This document shows positions 49,101 to 63,200 of a DNA stretch of 64,000 nucleotides, piece by piece. Numbering within the stretch: position 1 is the first letter of the stretch; the number at the start of each line of letters is the position of its first letter. The DNA is from Macrostomum lignano (taxonomy: Eukaryota). The DNA lies in contig NIVC01001159.1 of assembly GCA_002269645.1 (NCBI GenBank), forward strand, positions 175,414 through 239,413, read 5' to 3'. Under the pieces are notes generated by a model. The model saw only the letters and a program-made list of their open reading frames with translations, ran no database searches and was not told the origin of the DNA. The translations under genes and the position numbers were made by a program.

Positions 49101-51580
49101 CAGGCTTTGTTGCAGGAGCTGTCAGCCCCTTTGCCGTATCTGCCGTAGCTGTTGCCGCAAAAGCACTGGTTGCTGTTCTGCACACCGAAGTACAGGTAGC
49201 CGTAGGCGGCGCACTTGTAGCGACAGTTGTTCAAGTTGACGGCGCCAGATTTGGCTAGCCAGGGCAGGTCGCGGGTTCCCTTGTCGATGTAGCAGCCCAG
49301 GCTGGTGAATTCCACTGTGGGTGCGTCCGACGTATGAATGACGCAATAAATATAACCGAAAGCTAACTCGCTTACTACACATGCACAGTAGGCAGAAACA
49401 AAAACACTGCTGAATATGGTTCTTTCAGCGAATCGAAAACCCACATGTTTTGCTTTCTTAGCACAAAAAATGTACTTACTTTATTACGAGTCTTTTAGAA
49501 CTTTGTAAACAGACAGTTCAGACCTACAGTGTTCCAATACTATCTAGATAAGTTAACTGCATGAATTATAAATTAGACTTAAGCCAGAAGACTCAATCAA
49601 ATTCCTGGGCACCTATATGACTGAACGTCCTGGGAGTAGCACAGCTTTCCATGTTTCCTTAAAAATCCTGTCACATTGTCTCTGCCTGCCTGGAGAGGTT
49701 GAAGTAAAATCAAAGCATTGTATCTTGACTGATGGTGATTGAACATCCAAATACTAAAAATTTGCTATCTAAACTTCTAAAGTATCGTATCGATGATTTT
49801 TAAATGCTGGTTCCAGTAAGGTCCAAGCCCCAATGCAATCAGAGCCACTCACTACTCTCGATGCCAGTAGCGTAAACGCTGTTTCGCCAGCCGGCGCCGC
49901 AAATCTCGTCCTTCTTGCCGTTGCAGGCCATTCTGCAGCTGGCTTCGGTGCCCTTGCCGTACCGGCCGTAAGTATTGCCGCAGAAACAGTGAGAACTATA
50001 TTGCAAGCCAAAGTACTTGTAGCCCCGCTTGATGCAGTAGTTCAGGCAGTATTGAATGCTCATCACGCCACGTGTGTGTTCAGGAAGATCACGTGCGCCC
50101 GAATCAATATAGCAGCCGATATAAGTGCGTTTAGAGGCTGAAATTTCGATGCGGGAATTTTCGTGTAGCCAAGCTTCGTACGAGTTCATCCAAGCACTGC
50201 TCGAGTAGGACGGGAATTTATGCTTCTTGGAAAATTTTAGGAGGCTGGTTTGGAGGCAGGTTGTTACACATTTTGATGCGCAGCCATTGAGCTAAGAATG
50301 ATAAAATCAATTCGTAAAGCCAATGAGTCGAGCTGTGCCATTTTTTAAAGATTTTTAGTCACAGGACATGTACGTAGGATATAGAATTAACAGAGAATCC
50401 TAATTTTAGAAACAAAAAGCTTTATGAATATTAATACAGCTATAAGAAAGGCAAGACATAAAAAAGTGAGTATTGGGTCCTATCGAAAGCAATAAAATTT
50501 TTGAGCTGAAAAGGTAGAAACCTCCTATCTCCGTAATGTACTCTTTAGGCAAAACCTTCCTAAAATTTTCCAAGAAACATAGTTTCCGTCCTTATACTTG
50601 ATTAGTCCTTGAAATTACCTTCATTCATGCTTCCAGAAAACCATTGAAATTCCCAAAATCCAAAATTAACAAGCAAAAGATCGCTTCTAAAGGTAACTTA
50701 AAAGATTGAACTTATGTTCTAGAGACGGTTTTATCAGCGTGAAAATTCACTACCAAAGCATCAGTTCTACTCACGCGTATACTCAGTCTCGTAGATGAGG
50801 TTGCGCCAGGTGCCGCCGCAGATCTGCTTTTTGTTAACAGAGCAAGGCGTGGCGCAGTCGGCGTCCAAAGCTTTGCCGTGCTTGCCGTAGCTCTTGCCGC
50901 AGAAGCAGTACGCTCCAGCCTGCAGTCCGGCGTACTTGTAGCCCAGGTTGCCGCATCTCTTCACGCAGCTGTTGACGTCGGTGGTGCCGGCGCTGTGGAA
51001 GGGCAAGTCTCTGTTGCCCGTGTCAATGAAGCAGCCCAAGGTTTTGAGGCTAGCCTGTTCTGCAGTTCGACATATGGATATGGCATGTGTACTTGGATCT
51101 TTAAGCTCACAACTTAGAGAAAATCCGGTAACAGTTACTAACCGACGGTGAGTCCAGTGGCGTAGACGCTGTTGTGCCATCCACCACCGCAGATCTGTTC
51201 CTTGTTGGCAGCGCACTTGGAGGCGCATTTCGTATTCGCGCTCTTACCATAGCGGCCGTACCTATTGCCGCAGAAGCAATAGCTGGCCGCCTGGATGCCG
51301 GCGTATCTGTACTTCAGCTTGCGACACACGTCGCGACACCTATAGACGTCGGTAGCTTTCACTTCAGCTTTTAGTGGCAAATCTCGTTCTCCGGTGTCCC
51401 GGTAGCAACCGAGGTTTGTGTAGTTTGGAGCTAAATTTGCATTTGTTAGAGAAAGAGTCAATGTCTGTGCGCTGCTATAATCAACACAATCTCCATCCAC
51501 TTACCTTTCAAAGCTTCCCCCGTGGTCGGATCTTGCGAAGCGACGGCTGCCACGAGGCAGAGCAGGAGAACGAACCGCAT
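43114..51580 (-). CDS. WSC-A: paralogue of WSC-B, signal peptide + 13 WSC domains, with two frame lesions (possible pseudogene or skip-dependent gene)
   Basis: Exons: 51580-51505 (MRFVLLLCLVAAVASQ); WSC 51430-51143, 51059-50775, 50137-49853, 49314-49030; micro-exons 48938-48921, 48761-48729, 48642-48604, 48512-48486; WSC 48394-48114 (281 nt), 47596-47309, 47180-46893, 46780-46509 (272 nt); linkers 46420-46217, 46026-45991; WSC 45848-45573, 45500-45219, 45092-44808, 44715-44425; linker 44332-44180; WSC 43829-43542; 43435-43346; 43166-43114 (..EEHPYYYK*). Exon-for-exon collinear with WSC-B. Confidence 0.85.
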
Positions 51581-51829
51581 GGTATGAGTCTTAGAGCAAA
51601 CTAGTTTCGGTTTATTAGATCTCAAAAGTTGGAGTTGCGCGGAGTCAGAAGTCAGTCAGGGGTCTGTTTTTTATCCTTTTCTGTTGAAGTGGGGTTGCTG
51701 GCTACTTGGTAAACAACTCGACGGATGGCCCAGAGCCTGCATGAAAATTTGACTTAATTGCATTTTTCAAACCGTCACATTGAGTCACGAGGTTAGCAGA
51801 ACCACCTGCTGCCACGGGCAGGGAACCGC

Positions 51830-52050
51830 GGCGTGGCCGTGCCAGGGAGACCCAGAGCAGGAACTTGGGGTGGCAACCCTTCCCCGACCCATTTTCATAC
51901 AACTATAGGCTTGGCTACAGTTGTTCAGCTTGCACCGTTTGCACCAGAACTGAACAACTGTGGCAAGGCTGACAGTTGTACATGTATGAAAATGGGTGTC
52001 GGAGAAAAGTTGCTACCCCAGGTTCTGGCCCTGGGTCTCCTTGGCCGTGA
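51830..52050. repeat. Imperfect palindrome / foldback with ~100-bp arms in the WSC-A / lectin intergenic region
   Basis: gagacccagagcaggaacttggggtggcaac...ccattttcatac...acagttgttcag pairs with ctgaacaactgt...gtatgaaaatggg...gttgctaccccaggttctggccctgggtctc. Confidence 0.8.
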
Positions 52051-52684
52051 AGGGGTGGCTGCAATTTGCTGACGCACGCTTTCAGCTACCAGTAGCTGCA
52101 ATCCCCACTTTCCGATCCCCAGACCCTCAGCCGAGTCGCGCGCCAAAAAAAATTCGCTTGCATAACTCGCGAAAGACCAAGAGCGTCTTTTGCGCCCCTA
52201 CCGAGCCCCCAAGACTTCTGACAGCAATAGGGTTGGGCGTTGAAGGCGCGGCATGAGTAGACTGGTTGCCAATCCCAATGAAACGATAATCAAGGGAAAA
52301 ACACTGCGCTCATGTACAGTCAGGAATGGAATCGATTGAGTCTTACAGTCGTAATTTTTATAGAACCTCCCCATGGCCATATACGTTAGCACTGTAATGA
52401 AGCTATTGAGTTATTATTGAAATATCTCGCGAGGGGTTGATCGTTTTTGCGGCTCAGAGTAAACCAACTCAGCACTGACTCTGGACTAGCTCTGGAATCG
52501 TTGGCCTTGGGCAGGGGTGACCTTGAATTTCCACTGCAAAATTTAAGTCGTACGAGCGTATAGCTACACAGGAAGGGAATTCACAAAGTCTTATGCACAC
52601 GTCCGCTCCGCGCTCTCGTATTAACTTGCATTTCCATCACTGCCCAGATTGACGCTTGGCTAGAATTCTTCATCAAAGTTTTTG

Positions 52685-52940
52685 GAAGCGACATCACGCT
52701 TTCTTCTTTCCTTTCCTCTCTTGTCTTCTCTCTTCTTGCCTCTCCTCTCTCTTCCATCTTTTTTTATTCCTCTCCTCTCTCTCTTCTCCTCTCTCCCCTC
52801 TCCTCTCTCCTCTCTCCTCTCTCTTCTCTCCTCTCTCTTCTCTTTTCCTCTATCTCCGCTCTTTTCCCCCTTCTCCCCACTTTCCTCTTTCTTTTTCTCT
52901 TCACCTCTCCCCTCTCTCCTCTCCTTGTTCTCACCCAGCA
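52685..52940. repeat. CT-rich low-complexity tract
   Basis: Direct reading. Confidence 0.85.
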
Positions 52941-54240
52941 TTCCCCTTGAGCCCTGGCATCTCAGAAACTTCTCTTGGGCAAAAAATATTGACTTTTGTA
53001 ACTTTAAGCCAGTTTTTAGATTCGGTTTTTCGCGTCGTTTCGGAGATTAGATTAGGCAAGCCTATGGTTACCGATAGGGATGAGAATTCGAGATTGTTGG
53101 AAAACTTTGTTTTGTTGAAGCAAACCAACAGATTCTCCGAGACAGAATGACCTGGAACGCCCCCCCCCCCACCAGGATCATTTTCTAGGACAAAGTAAGT
53201 CATAAAAGTTAAGCTACCGGGGAGCAGAGCAGGCCAGGGAACCCGCCCCCGGAAACTCCTCGGCTTTATTCGCCAGTTCCCAGGGGGAAGGCAGTCAAAG
53301 TGGCGCCAAAATTTAGTTGCCTAGAAGAGACAAAAGAATTAGAGCGGCGGGGGTTAGTGTTAAAGAACTTTAAAAATGAATAACACAAAAACAACTCCAT
53401 AAATTTTGGGTTGCAGTCGAGCGTTGCCTTGTGTTGGCGTTGCTCAATCGGAGCAGAACTTCCTTAGTATATTGCAGCTCTTTTAGAATCCTCATTTATT
53501 CCTTAACGTTTAGAAGCGCAACCCACGGCTCCCGTATGCGTAGTTGATGGGCCATGCAGCGAGCGCATGACCCAACCCAGCGCAGGCCCTCCTCTGCAAC
53601 AATCGATTTTCTGTCTACGACTGCAGAGTTAAAGAGCCCCACTCATGCATTTGTTATTTGCAGTAAAGAGTTTTAAAATAAATAGGACCGACAAACGTCA
53701 AGAGTGGTTTTTTGAATGGGTTGCAATAAGAGCTATGCTAATCTTTGTCACATACTTGTAGCAAAAATATTGAATAGAATCCAGCCTGAGAATAGGCTTG
53801 GCACCATCTGTTATGGCAGCATTCGCACGGGATGGTCACATGATTTGCAACTTTCACTGCAGCGCACCTTGAAAAGTTAAACAATTTTTTTCTTTGCCAT
53901 TGCCACCCTTCTCCCTCAAAGAATTAAATTTTCAGATCGCAAAGCTTGGAAGAAATAGACTGATTAGAAGGCCTGCTTATCTGTATTGAGTTGAAAGACC
54001 CCTCAGTGCTGGGAAGGCCCACTCCGATAGCAAACTGGTGGCAGCTTTCACCAGCCAGTGCGAAGCCTGGCGCTGTATCAATACTTTCCCTTGGTGGCAG
54101 CTCTTTCGGGGCAAGCCAAACTGATAAGCGAACACTGGGCAGAGCCGGGGTCAGGAGTATGAAAGCGCTGAAAAAATGATTTTTTGAAAGACTAGTTTTT
54201 GTGCGAGACCAAAATTTCTAGCTGAAACGACAGCACTGTC

Positions 54241-57200
54241 ATGAGAATCCGGCTATGCACGACTTCGGTCTTCGGCGCCTTGCTGCTGGCTGCTTGCATC
54301 GCCGGCACGGGTAAGTCAGTCGGATGAGAAAAGCCGAAAAAATTGAATTAAGCATTCGTGTCAGTCCGACAACGACATACTCATTGGGCAAAAAGACAGA
54401 AAAGATTTACAATGTAATCAATAGTTGCCAAATTAAAGTCACAGAAAGCCACTTTAAGACATATTAAATGCGACTCTTGGTTTTTAAAAGCGAACATTTG
54501 CACACAATTTTGTACAATAACGTTCGTACACACATCTACAGGTAACTTTGGAATTGAAAAGTTGAAACTTGCATTAACCATTCTCATGCAGCAAGGATGC
54601 ACTTGAGAATAACTGCAATGTAGTTATTGACGCCGCTGAAAAAGTTGCCTCACAATTTCAGGAGCTCAGAATAATGGAAAATGCCCGGCGGGTTGGGTCG
54701 GCCGCGAAAACAGCAGCTGGTGCTACGAGTTCGCTAGCAGCAACGGCAACTACAAGTCCTGGGATGACGCCAAGCTCGCCTGCGAGGTGCAGCACGGAAC
54801 TCTGTTGGCCATGGCCGACGTCAGCGAGAGGGTAAACACGCCTCTAATGCTACGGGCACAACTGTCGAAGAAAGAATGCAAGCCTAATTCGCTAGTTCGA
54901 AATTTCCGAGTATTCAATTTTAGTTTAAAACTCAAAACTTGAGACGGTCGAACTCGAACAATTTGTAAACTTTTTAGGCCGAAATTTAACATACTAGAAA
55001 TAGTGTCAGTTTAAAGGTAAAAGTACAAGCCAACAGTTTTGTTTTTATTTTCGGCTAACTGACTGTTGGAGTTGGTAAAACGCCCATGGACACGGGATCA
55101 CACAATACCAAGAGTAGCACCCAATATTTGCGTTTTTGATTTATAATTCAGTTGGGCTAATTAGACGATAGCCTAATAAATTATATATGACCTACTCAAT
55201 GCAGGAGTGGGTGGCACGAAGAGTTAACGGGTTCCAGTCTGGTAGCAGCTGGTGGCTCGGTCTTGAGAGAACCACCGGAGTCTGGCGATGGGTCGACAAC
55301 CGCAGCGGAGGAGAGACGCCGGGAAACTCACCGGAGGACGGCAGGGTGCTGTAAGTTTGTTCCACCGGTTTTTCGTGCATAACTTGAGACACTTCACACT
55401 GTAATAATCGCAAACTCGAGAAAGCTTACTCACAAGTATTCAGTAGTATGACTAAGTAAATTTGCAGGGTCCGTCAAACTTAAAAATTTTAGCAAGATAA
55501 TTATAACAATTGATTACACCTGCGCCAATCGGCAGATGTGCAACCGACAGCTCAGCCGCAGCTTTTGCGCGCGGCGTATCTTAAGCGTATCTTCCCTTGC
55601 GTATCTTCCCTTGTACGGCTGTTCAGTGCAAGGACTGGGGGGGGGGTCGCCACACACACCCTCAATTACCCCAGCTAATGCTGGCACCCATTTTACATCT
55701 GGGTGAACTGAAGCAATGCAGAGTTAAGTATCCTGCTCAAGGACACAAATTGTTCCGCGTGGTTCGAGAATCGAAACCCCGACCTTTAAGTCGTGAGTCC
55801 GAAGCCCTAACCACTAGGCTACAACCCCCGTGTAGTCCATGATGTCCAGTATCTTAAATTGGATCTTCACTAAATAACGCTCGCAGCACGTGGTACGAAG
55901 GTCACAGTGACAGCAGTCCTGGCAACTGCATGAGCATCAGGGTGGACGGCACAAAAAGCGAAATCCTATACGTGTATCCGCGATCTTGCAACAAAATGGC
56001 TGCCTACATTTGCAAGAAGCAGAAGCGTAGGTCAAGTTCTTGCCTGTCACTGCATCATATACAGTTCTTGTGCCACTCTACAAACACCAAAACTAATGCC
56101 AAATTCCAGAGGACGCAACGACTTGCGATGCGGACGACGGCTGGGAGACTCACGGAGACCGGTGCTATAAAGCTTTCAACTCTGACAACAATGGAGCCTA
56201 TTGGGAAGACGCTCGGTCAGTACTTGTGCGTGTGTGCAGTTAGGACCTCAACTTTAGGGACTTTGCTTTGCTCCTCCACTAAAAAGTAGAATGTATAGAA
56301 TATCGCGCAAGAGTCTTGAATGACTTAGGAAAACGGAAGCCAGTCCGGATCCTTTAGAATGTACAGGTACATTTAGAATGTCCGGACTCGATTCGTTTTT
56401 AAGTAGCTATATACGAGCGTACTTCCCTCTAATTGCAGAGACCATTGCAACCGCATCGAATCGGATCTAGTGATCGTGAACGACGCGACCACTAGTCAAA
56501 TTGTCAGGGATATTGTGAATCGCGGTGGTCCCGGGGCCATCACAAATACCTTCTGGATTGGTCTGCGATCGGTTCAGACTGGCAGCAATCCCGATCAGTA
56601 TTCGTGGCGCTGGGTAGACAACTCGCCAGCGATTTACAAGGCTTGGACAAACGGCGAGGAGCCACAGGCTCAAAAAGGCCTTTGCGTGCACACCGAGGGC
56701 ACGGATTCATCCCAGCTTTGGCGCGCCTACGGCTGCAATGGCCGAAGGTTCGGCTTCGTGTGCTCCCGGCCCACAGGTACTTGCGCCACCGGTTGGTACC
56801 AGCACCGGGACACCTGTTATTCTCTGAATCCCACCCAGCTGTCCTGGACACAAGCCTCCGACCACTGCCAGTCCTACGGAGCGACTCTGCTGAGAATCAA
56901 GCAGTGAGTGACAACTGCAGGCATGAAGTTCTTTCTCTTCTCAACTGTATTCCGTCTTTTAATGGATTTGAAAGCTCATAAATGTTTTACCTATTTCAGG
57001 GACCATGTGCAAAAGTTCATCAATATGTACAGGGAGGATTTTGCTAGAAATGGGATCGAATACATTTGGATGGGAATGTACCGTAAGTACTGATTGTAAC
57101 TTCAAGGATAATTACGAGATAAATAGTAATACATAGTCATGAGATGATTGTATTGACACTTGAAGCAAAAATATTTCATAGGTTTGTAAGTTTCTTTTTA

Positions 57201-60200
57201 ACACCTCGTCTAGTCTTAGGATCTTAGGTCGAAAATATTAGCAACCAGGTACGCCAGGTGTCCAAAAAACTCCGGCCCATGAGTCAAATGAGACCCACAA
57301 AGCCTCTCTATCCGGCCCTCGAGCTCTTTGAAGTGGCAATCCAGCTAGTTCAATTTTTATAACTCTTCTCAGCTCTCCTTATCTCTAATCTCTTTTCTTT
57401 CTTTCTTCTCTCCTCTCTCCTGTCCCATTGCCCTCTCTTCTCTCTCTCCTCTCTTCCCTCTCCTCTCTCTCCTTCTCATGCCCGCAGTCATGTGCTAGGC
57501 ACTGCTAGCTTGTACGAGCGTAGATGTGAGCCGTCCCCATGGGGACGCTTTTATAAGACCTCAATTTCATAACGCCCAAAACCACCACACTTCACAACGC
57601 CTAAATTTCATATCGCCTAAATTTTATAACGGAAAAAATGAATGTGAACGAGCGTGCAGAGATTTTAGGCATTGTGAAATTCAGGCGATATGAAGTTTAG
57701 TTGATGTGAAGTCATGTGCTTGTGAAATTTGGGTCTTAAAATACCGGTCAGACAGACATTAGAGATTTAGTATATTGTAAAAGCGCCCCATTTCAGTGGG
57801 TTCACAAGCTTAGTGACATTTATTTTCTCATTGAACTTTAACTCGATAGGCGCTGTATCAGAAAGCGGAGAAATCAAGTGGACCTCCGGCGACCCGGTCA
57901 GCTCGGGATACACCAACTGGGCCAACGGCCAACCTCAGCTGGACGATGGAAGAGCCAACGCCGGTAGAGTCATCGCCATCGATGACGGAGGTCGCTGGCA
58001 GATTGCGAATCCAACGGCAAAAGGCGGATTCGTGTGCGAGATACCTTTGGGAAAGACGCCGCTAGTGCCAACTACAGTTTATCGTAAGTACCAAACTTTA
58101 CCAGTTAAGACATTTTTAAACTGTCAGCCGAGTAAATATTAGAAACAGGGTGTACGAGCGTACAAGTACAGCGTAGTTTAAAGAGGATGTGAACTAAAGA
58201 GTCAGAATGGAGCCCGAAACATTGGGTCCCGATTTCTCTACGCCAATCCCTTCATTTTGAGCCAAATAGCTCCCGTTATGTCTAAAACCGACCACTTTAG
58301 CATTTGGGGATCTCTATGGGGAGAAATGGGATGAATGGCGATTTCATGTGATCGGAAACCTTTCTGTGTTATTTTGAGTTTAAAATGTTTTCATTGTGTT
58401 TTTTCAGGACCCTCTAACATACAGCCATTTATGAAACATTGTACTAAAACTTGACGTTAGTTACATGAGAATGATTCAGGGCATGTACGTTTAGGATAAC
58501 ATAAACATTATTAAGAGATAACATAACGGGGCATACTATAACATTACTATCGCTCCTATTCTTCATAAAAACACATAAAAAGAGCGTTTATCATGGTTAT
58601 CTCGTCATTCAAGCAGTTGAAGCTCCAAATGAAGGGACTGGCGTAGAGAAACCGGGACCGAATGCTTCGGGCTCCATTTTGACTCTTAAGTTCACATCCT
58701 CCTTCGTTCGAATCGCTAACAAAATACTAGACTCTTAGGCGTTTTAGCTTTTAAATTGACAACATATTTTTATAATTTCGAGGGTTTTCTACCGGTTAAT
58801 TGAGATTTCCATTTGTGAAAATACTGTGTAATGCAAAAACGCTTTCAAGCAAAAAAATACTCCTAAATTTACAACCACTATTCCAAGGCTGAACTTTGTA
58901 ACTTTGAACCTTGCACCTTGCAGCAAGTTTTGTTTGCGAGCAAGGCTGGATCCTGTACGGTTCTCGCTGCTACAAGCTGGAGTCAAACAAGTTCGTGGAC
59001 TGGCTGACCGCCAGAGCCAACTGCCAGGCGTTTCCAGGCGCCGATCTCATCGACATCCGGGGCAGATCCGAGCAAGAGTTCATTCAGAAGCAGCTGGACC
59101 CGAGACGCGACTACTGGATCGGACTGCACACCCGCAGCACGGAGGACCGTAGCTGGGTGTGGGTTGTGGACAACTCACCCATGGACTACCAGAACTGGCA
59201 GAAGGGCGAGCCAAATAACCTGGAGAAAGAAGAGAATTGCGTAGAGATGTACACCTCCGGCACGTGGAATGACAACAGATGCACTTACCGATTGTCATAC
59301 ATCTGCAAAGTGCTCGCAAGTAAGTAAAATCTCTGTTCAAAAATTCTGATCAAGCAGCTATTTTTCACAAGTCTAACTGACCCAGAAGCATGACTATAAT
59401 GATAATTTGGGACGTTCTTGTCATAGACGTGAACGGATCGCCGCGGCCTACGTTGCCTGGCACAACTACACCAAATTTCGATCCGTTTTGCGGACCACTG
59501 TGGAGACGAGATCCGACGTCGAACTATTGCTACCTGTTTAACACGGATCCGTTAATCTGGTTCGACGCCAAGCATCAGTGCGAGTTCCAAGGAGGCAAAC
59601 TGGCCAGCATTGTCACTCAGGAGGTGAGACTTCGATCGCCGTATCGATTTTGGTGGCCTGAACAGAATCTTATTAAATTTTGAGGCTGCAGTTATCCATG
59701 TAACAGGTACCCTCGTAGAACGGAAGCTAGATTGTGCAATAGATAGAAATATTTGCCTAGATAAATAAAAATACAGCCTATGGCGTACAATTGTAATCAC
59801 AATATACTACTATATTGCTAAATTTAAAGTCACTTTAACTCATCATTATTTACTTTAATTGCAGGAAAAGGCATACATTGCCGCACGAATCAAAACTATG
59901 AAGGACGAAGACAGTGGAATTCTCGGCTTCTGGCTGGGTTTTAATGACAGGTAATAAAGTTGGAATGATTCTACATGTTTCAATACATCTCCTTTGCGTG
60001 AAGCTAGGTAGCAGGTAGCCAATGATGTAGAAATATACGGAGAAGACACCAAAAGGGAATATTTATCATTCTGCGTAACAGGGCCGAGGAAGGCTACTGG
60101 GTGTGGGACGACGGCGAGCCGGTGACTTTCCTGAATTGGGCGGCCGGCGAGCCGAACAACGCCGGAGCTGGCGAAGACTGCGGCATGATCTACGCTGATT

Positions 60201-63200
60201 CGGCCATGTGGAATGACTTCGCCTGCGAAAAGCGATACGCCAGCATCTGCAAAAAGCTGGGAAATGTCCTCATAACTATTGAGCCGCCACCAGCAACCAC
60301 CATTGAAGTTCCGGATGGCTACCTGAGGGGCTGTCGAGATGGCTACAGTGTCCATAACAACATGTGCTACAAGGTTTTTACGTCTAGAGATGATGAGATG
60401 ACCTGGTACGACGCAAAGGCGAGATGCCAACTAGAGGGAGGCGACCTTGCGTCCGTTATGAACCTGGCTGAGCAGCAATTCCTGCAAGAGCTGGCTGTCC
60501 CAAGAGATTGTAAGATATTCTGAGCATCTACGCTGCTCTTCTGAATTTTATACCATGTACTCGTACATGCATATGGTGCTAAACTGTTGTTTTCGAATTG
60601 CAGTCAGCTACTGGATCGGCCTCTACGACTCCTTGGCCATTGACAGAATGATGTATTTTAAGTGGTCAGACACATCCAAGCCGAAATTTACTTATTGGTT
60701 TAAAAATGAGCCGAATAATTATCTGAAAAAAGATGACTGCGTTGAAATCGTCAATATGTGGGATGGTTGGGTGAGTTCTTTATAAATATTCTCAAACTTT
60801 CAAAATAGGCTGCTCGTAGCGTATAATGGTCTCGCATCTGCAATTTTTTGTACAGAACGGCCGATGGAACGACCAAAACTGCGATTACAAGCGCCGGTTC
60901 GCTTGCAAACAGCGCCAGAAACCGGTATTGGTCCTGCCTCCAGTTACTAAACCACCCGGCTGTCCGGAAGGCTATGACGGCGCCTACGGTGGGCAGTGTC
61001 TGAAGTTTGTCACCGGTACAACGCTTATGACTGCCACGGCTGCAAAAGCGGCCTGCCAAGCCGACGGGGGCTTTCTGGCTTCAATCCCAACAGAGGATGT
61101 GCAGAATCACATTTTCCTGAGGCTCACAGAGCTGCGGCAAACCAGCAACTACTGGATCGGCCTCGTCCGCTCTGGTTTGTCCTTTAGGTGGGAGGATGGA
61201 CGCCAGTTCTCTTATTCGAACTGGAAGCCTAATTCGATCCTCTATGGCTTGCAAGGCCAGATATCCCCTATCCTAGGCTTGTGGGAGATGAGCTTCTCAC
61301 CCATCCAGGGCAACAGAAACTACATCTGCCAAGTAAAGCAGATTGGATATTCAACGCCCACCAAGCCGCCGACAACCTACAACCCAGAGTATTGCGCGTA
61401 CAGCTGGGTAGAAGCTAATGAAAACTGCTACAAAGGCTTCAGCGCAACGGACGCAGAAAACAAGCTGACTTGGTCGGAGGCCAGAGCCCACTGCAAAAGC
61501 CTCAGTGGAGATTTGGCCAGCATTCACAACAATGAGACAATGACGAAGCTAGAAGAGACAGTTGGCGGTTCAATTGGCTACTGGATTGGGGTGAACACTA
61601 GAGATGAGAACAAGGGATTCGTATGGGCCGATGGTTCGCCAGCAAACTACTTTAAATGGCGAGGTGACAAACAGCCTGAAAACATCAATAATAATCAGAA
61701 CTGCGGTGTCCTTAGTCCATCCGACATGAGTTGGGTAATAGACAACTGCAATGCCGCAATGAACTGGATTTGTGAGACGCCCAAGGGTATTTATCCCACT
61801 GGAACAACAGTTGAGCCAACAACGCCTCCCGATGCGCCCGACTGTGGAGATGGTTGGAAATACTACAATGGCTCGTGCTATTTGATGTCAACGACACTTC
61901 TAGAGTGGCACAATGCCTTGAAATACTGCCGCGACGTGAACGCAGATTTAGCCAGTATTCACGGCAACGAGGCGACCGACTTCCTTTTAAGGCTGAGCAG
62001 CAAGCTGCACATCAACATTGCGTCCTATTGGATTGGGCTGAACGAGCTGGGCCAAACCAGCGGCTGGTCGTGGACCGATGGCACCGGGGTCAACTACTTC
62101 AACTGGAACGTAGGTGAGCCAAACAACGCAGGCGGAGCTGAGCACTGTGGCGCTTTTTACTCCAGCAACGGACTTTGGAACGACGACCAGTGTGGAGAGC
62201 GTCACCGATTCATCTGCAAGCGAAACAACGATACGAGCAGAACGGTGGCGCCTACCACTCCGATGCCAGGATATTGCCCGAAATGGTACTTCAGAGTTGG
62301 CAACAAGTGCTTCAGAATTTATGAAGATCAACTGCTGACATGGGCGGATGCAAGAGCTGTGTGCGCGAACACTGGTTCAGAAAATGTTCGCGGCTATCTG
62401 GCCAGCATCTCGAACGAGTACGAACAAGGTCCGTCCCGCAACATTTGATTGCTGTAACAAAATGTTATGTATTAAGCGTTTTTAATGTTTCGTAAATATG
62501 TATTTCATTTTAGCCGCGCTCACCTCCTACAAGTCATACAACGATAGCAACCTATGGATTGGCCTGTTCGCTCGATACAACATACATTTGTACTACTGGC
62601 TTGATAACACACCTTTTACCTACAGTAACTGGGCTTACAACGAGCCCAATAGCGTTAATGTAAGTAAATATCTTCTAAACATTTCCAAGGAACTTATTTT
62701 GCTTGTTTTAACATATTTGTAAAAAATTCTAGGAAATGTGCGTCCATATGTACACCGAGAGATTTCGAGCCGGACAATGGAACGACGCAGACTGCAACAG
62801 AAAAATGGGATTCGTGTGCATGACATACAAAGATAAGAGTCTCGTAACTGAATGGCAGCCGCCAACCTCCACCGTTTGCGAGGCCAACTGGAAGCCGTTT
62901 GGCTCATCCTGCTACAGGTACCTACCCACTGCCAACAGCTGGAGCGACGCGCAGAGGTCTTGTGCCAGTCTTGGCGCTAACTTGGCTTCAATACACGACG
63001 TCTACGAGCAAAACTTTGCCCACTACCTGACTGAATCAATCGCCCAGGTGCCAACTTGGATTGGACTGTCCGATGTAAGCAACATGCGAGGCAACTACGA
63101 GTGGAGCGACAGATGGCACTTAACATACGTAAACTGGGGCAGCGGTCAGCCAGGCAATAATGAGCAGGCTACCTGCGTGCAGATGGACAAGACAGGCGCC

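Noticed and set aside
56171-56180. Apparent frameshift in CTLD2 suggested by ORF 55930..56289
   Set aside because: The correct frame tgc tat aaa gct ttc aac (CYKAFNSDNNGAYWEDAR) is continuous; the ORF track shows another frame.
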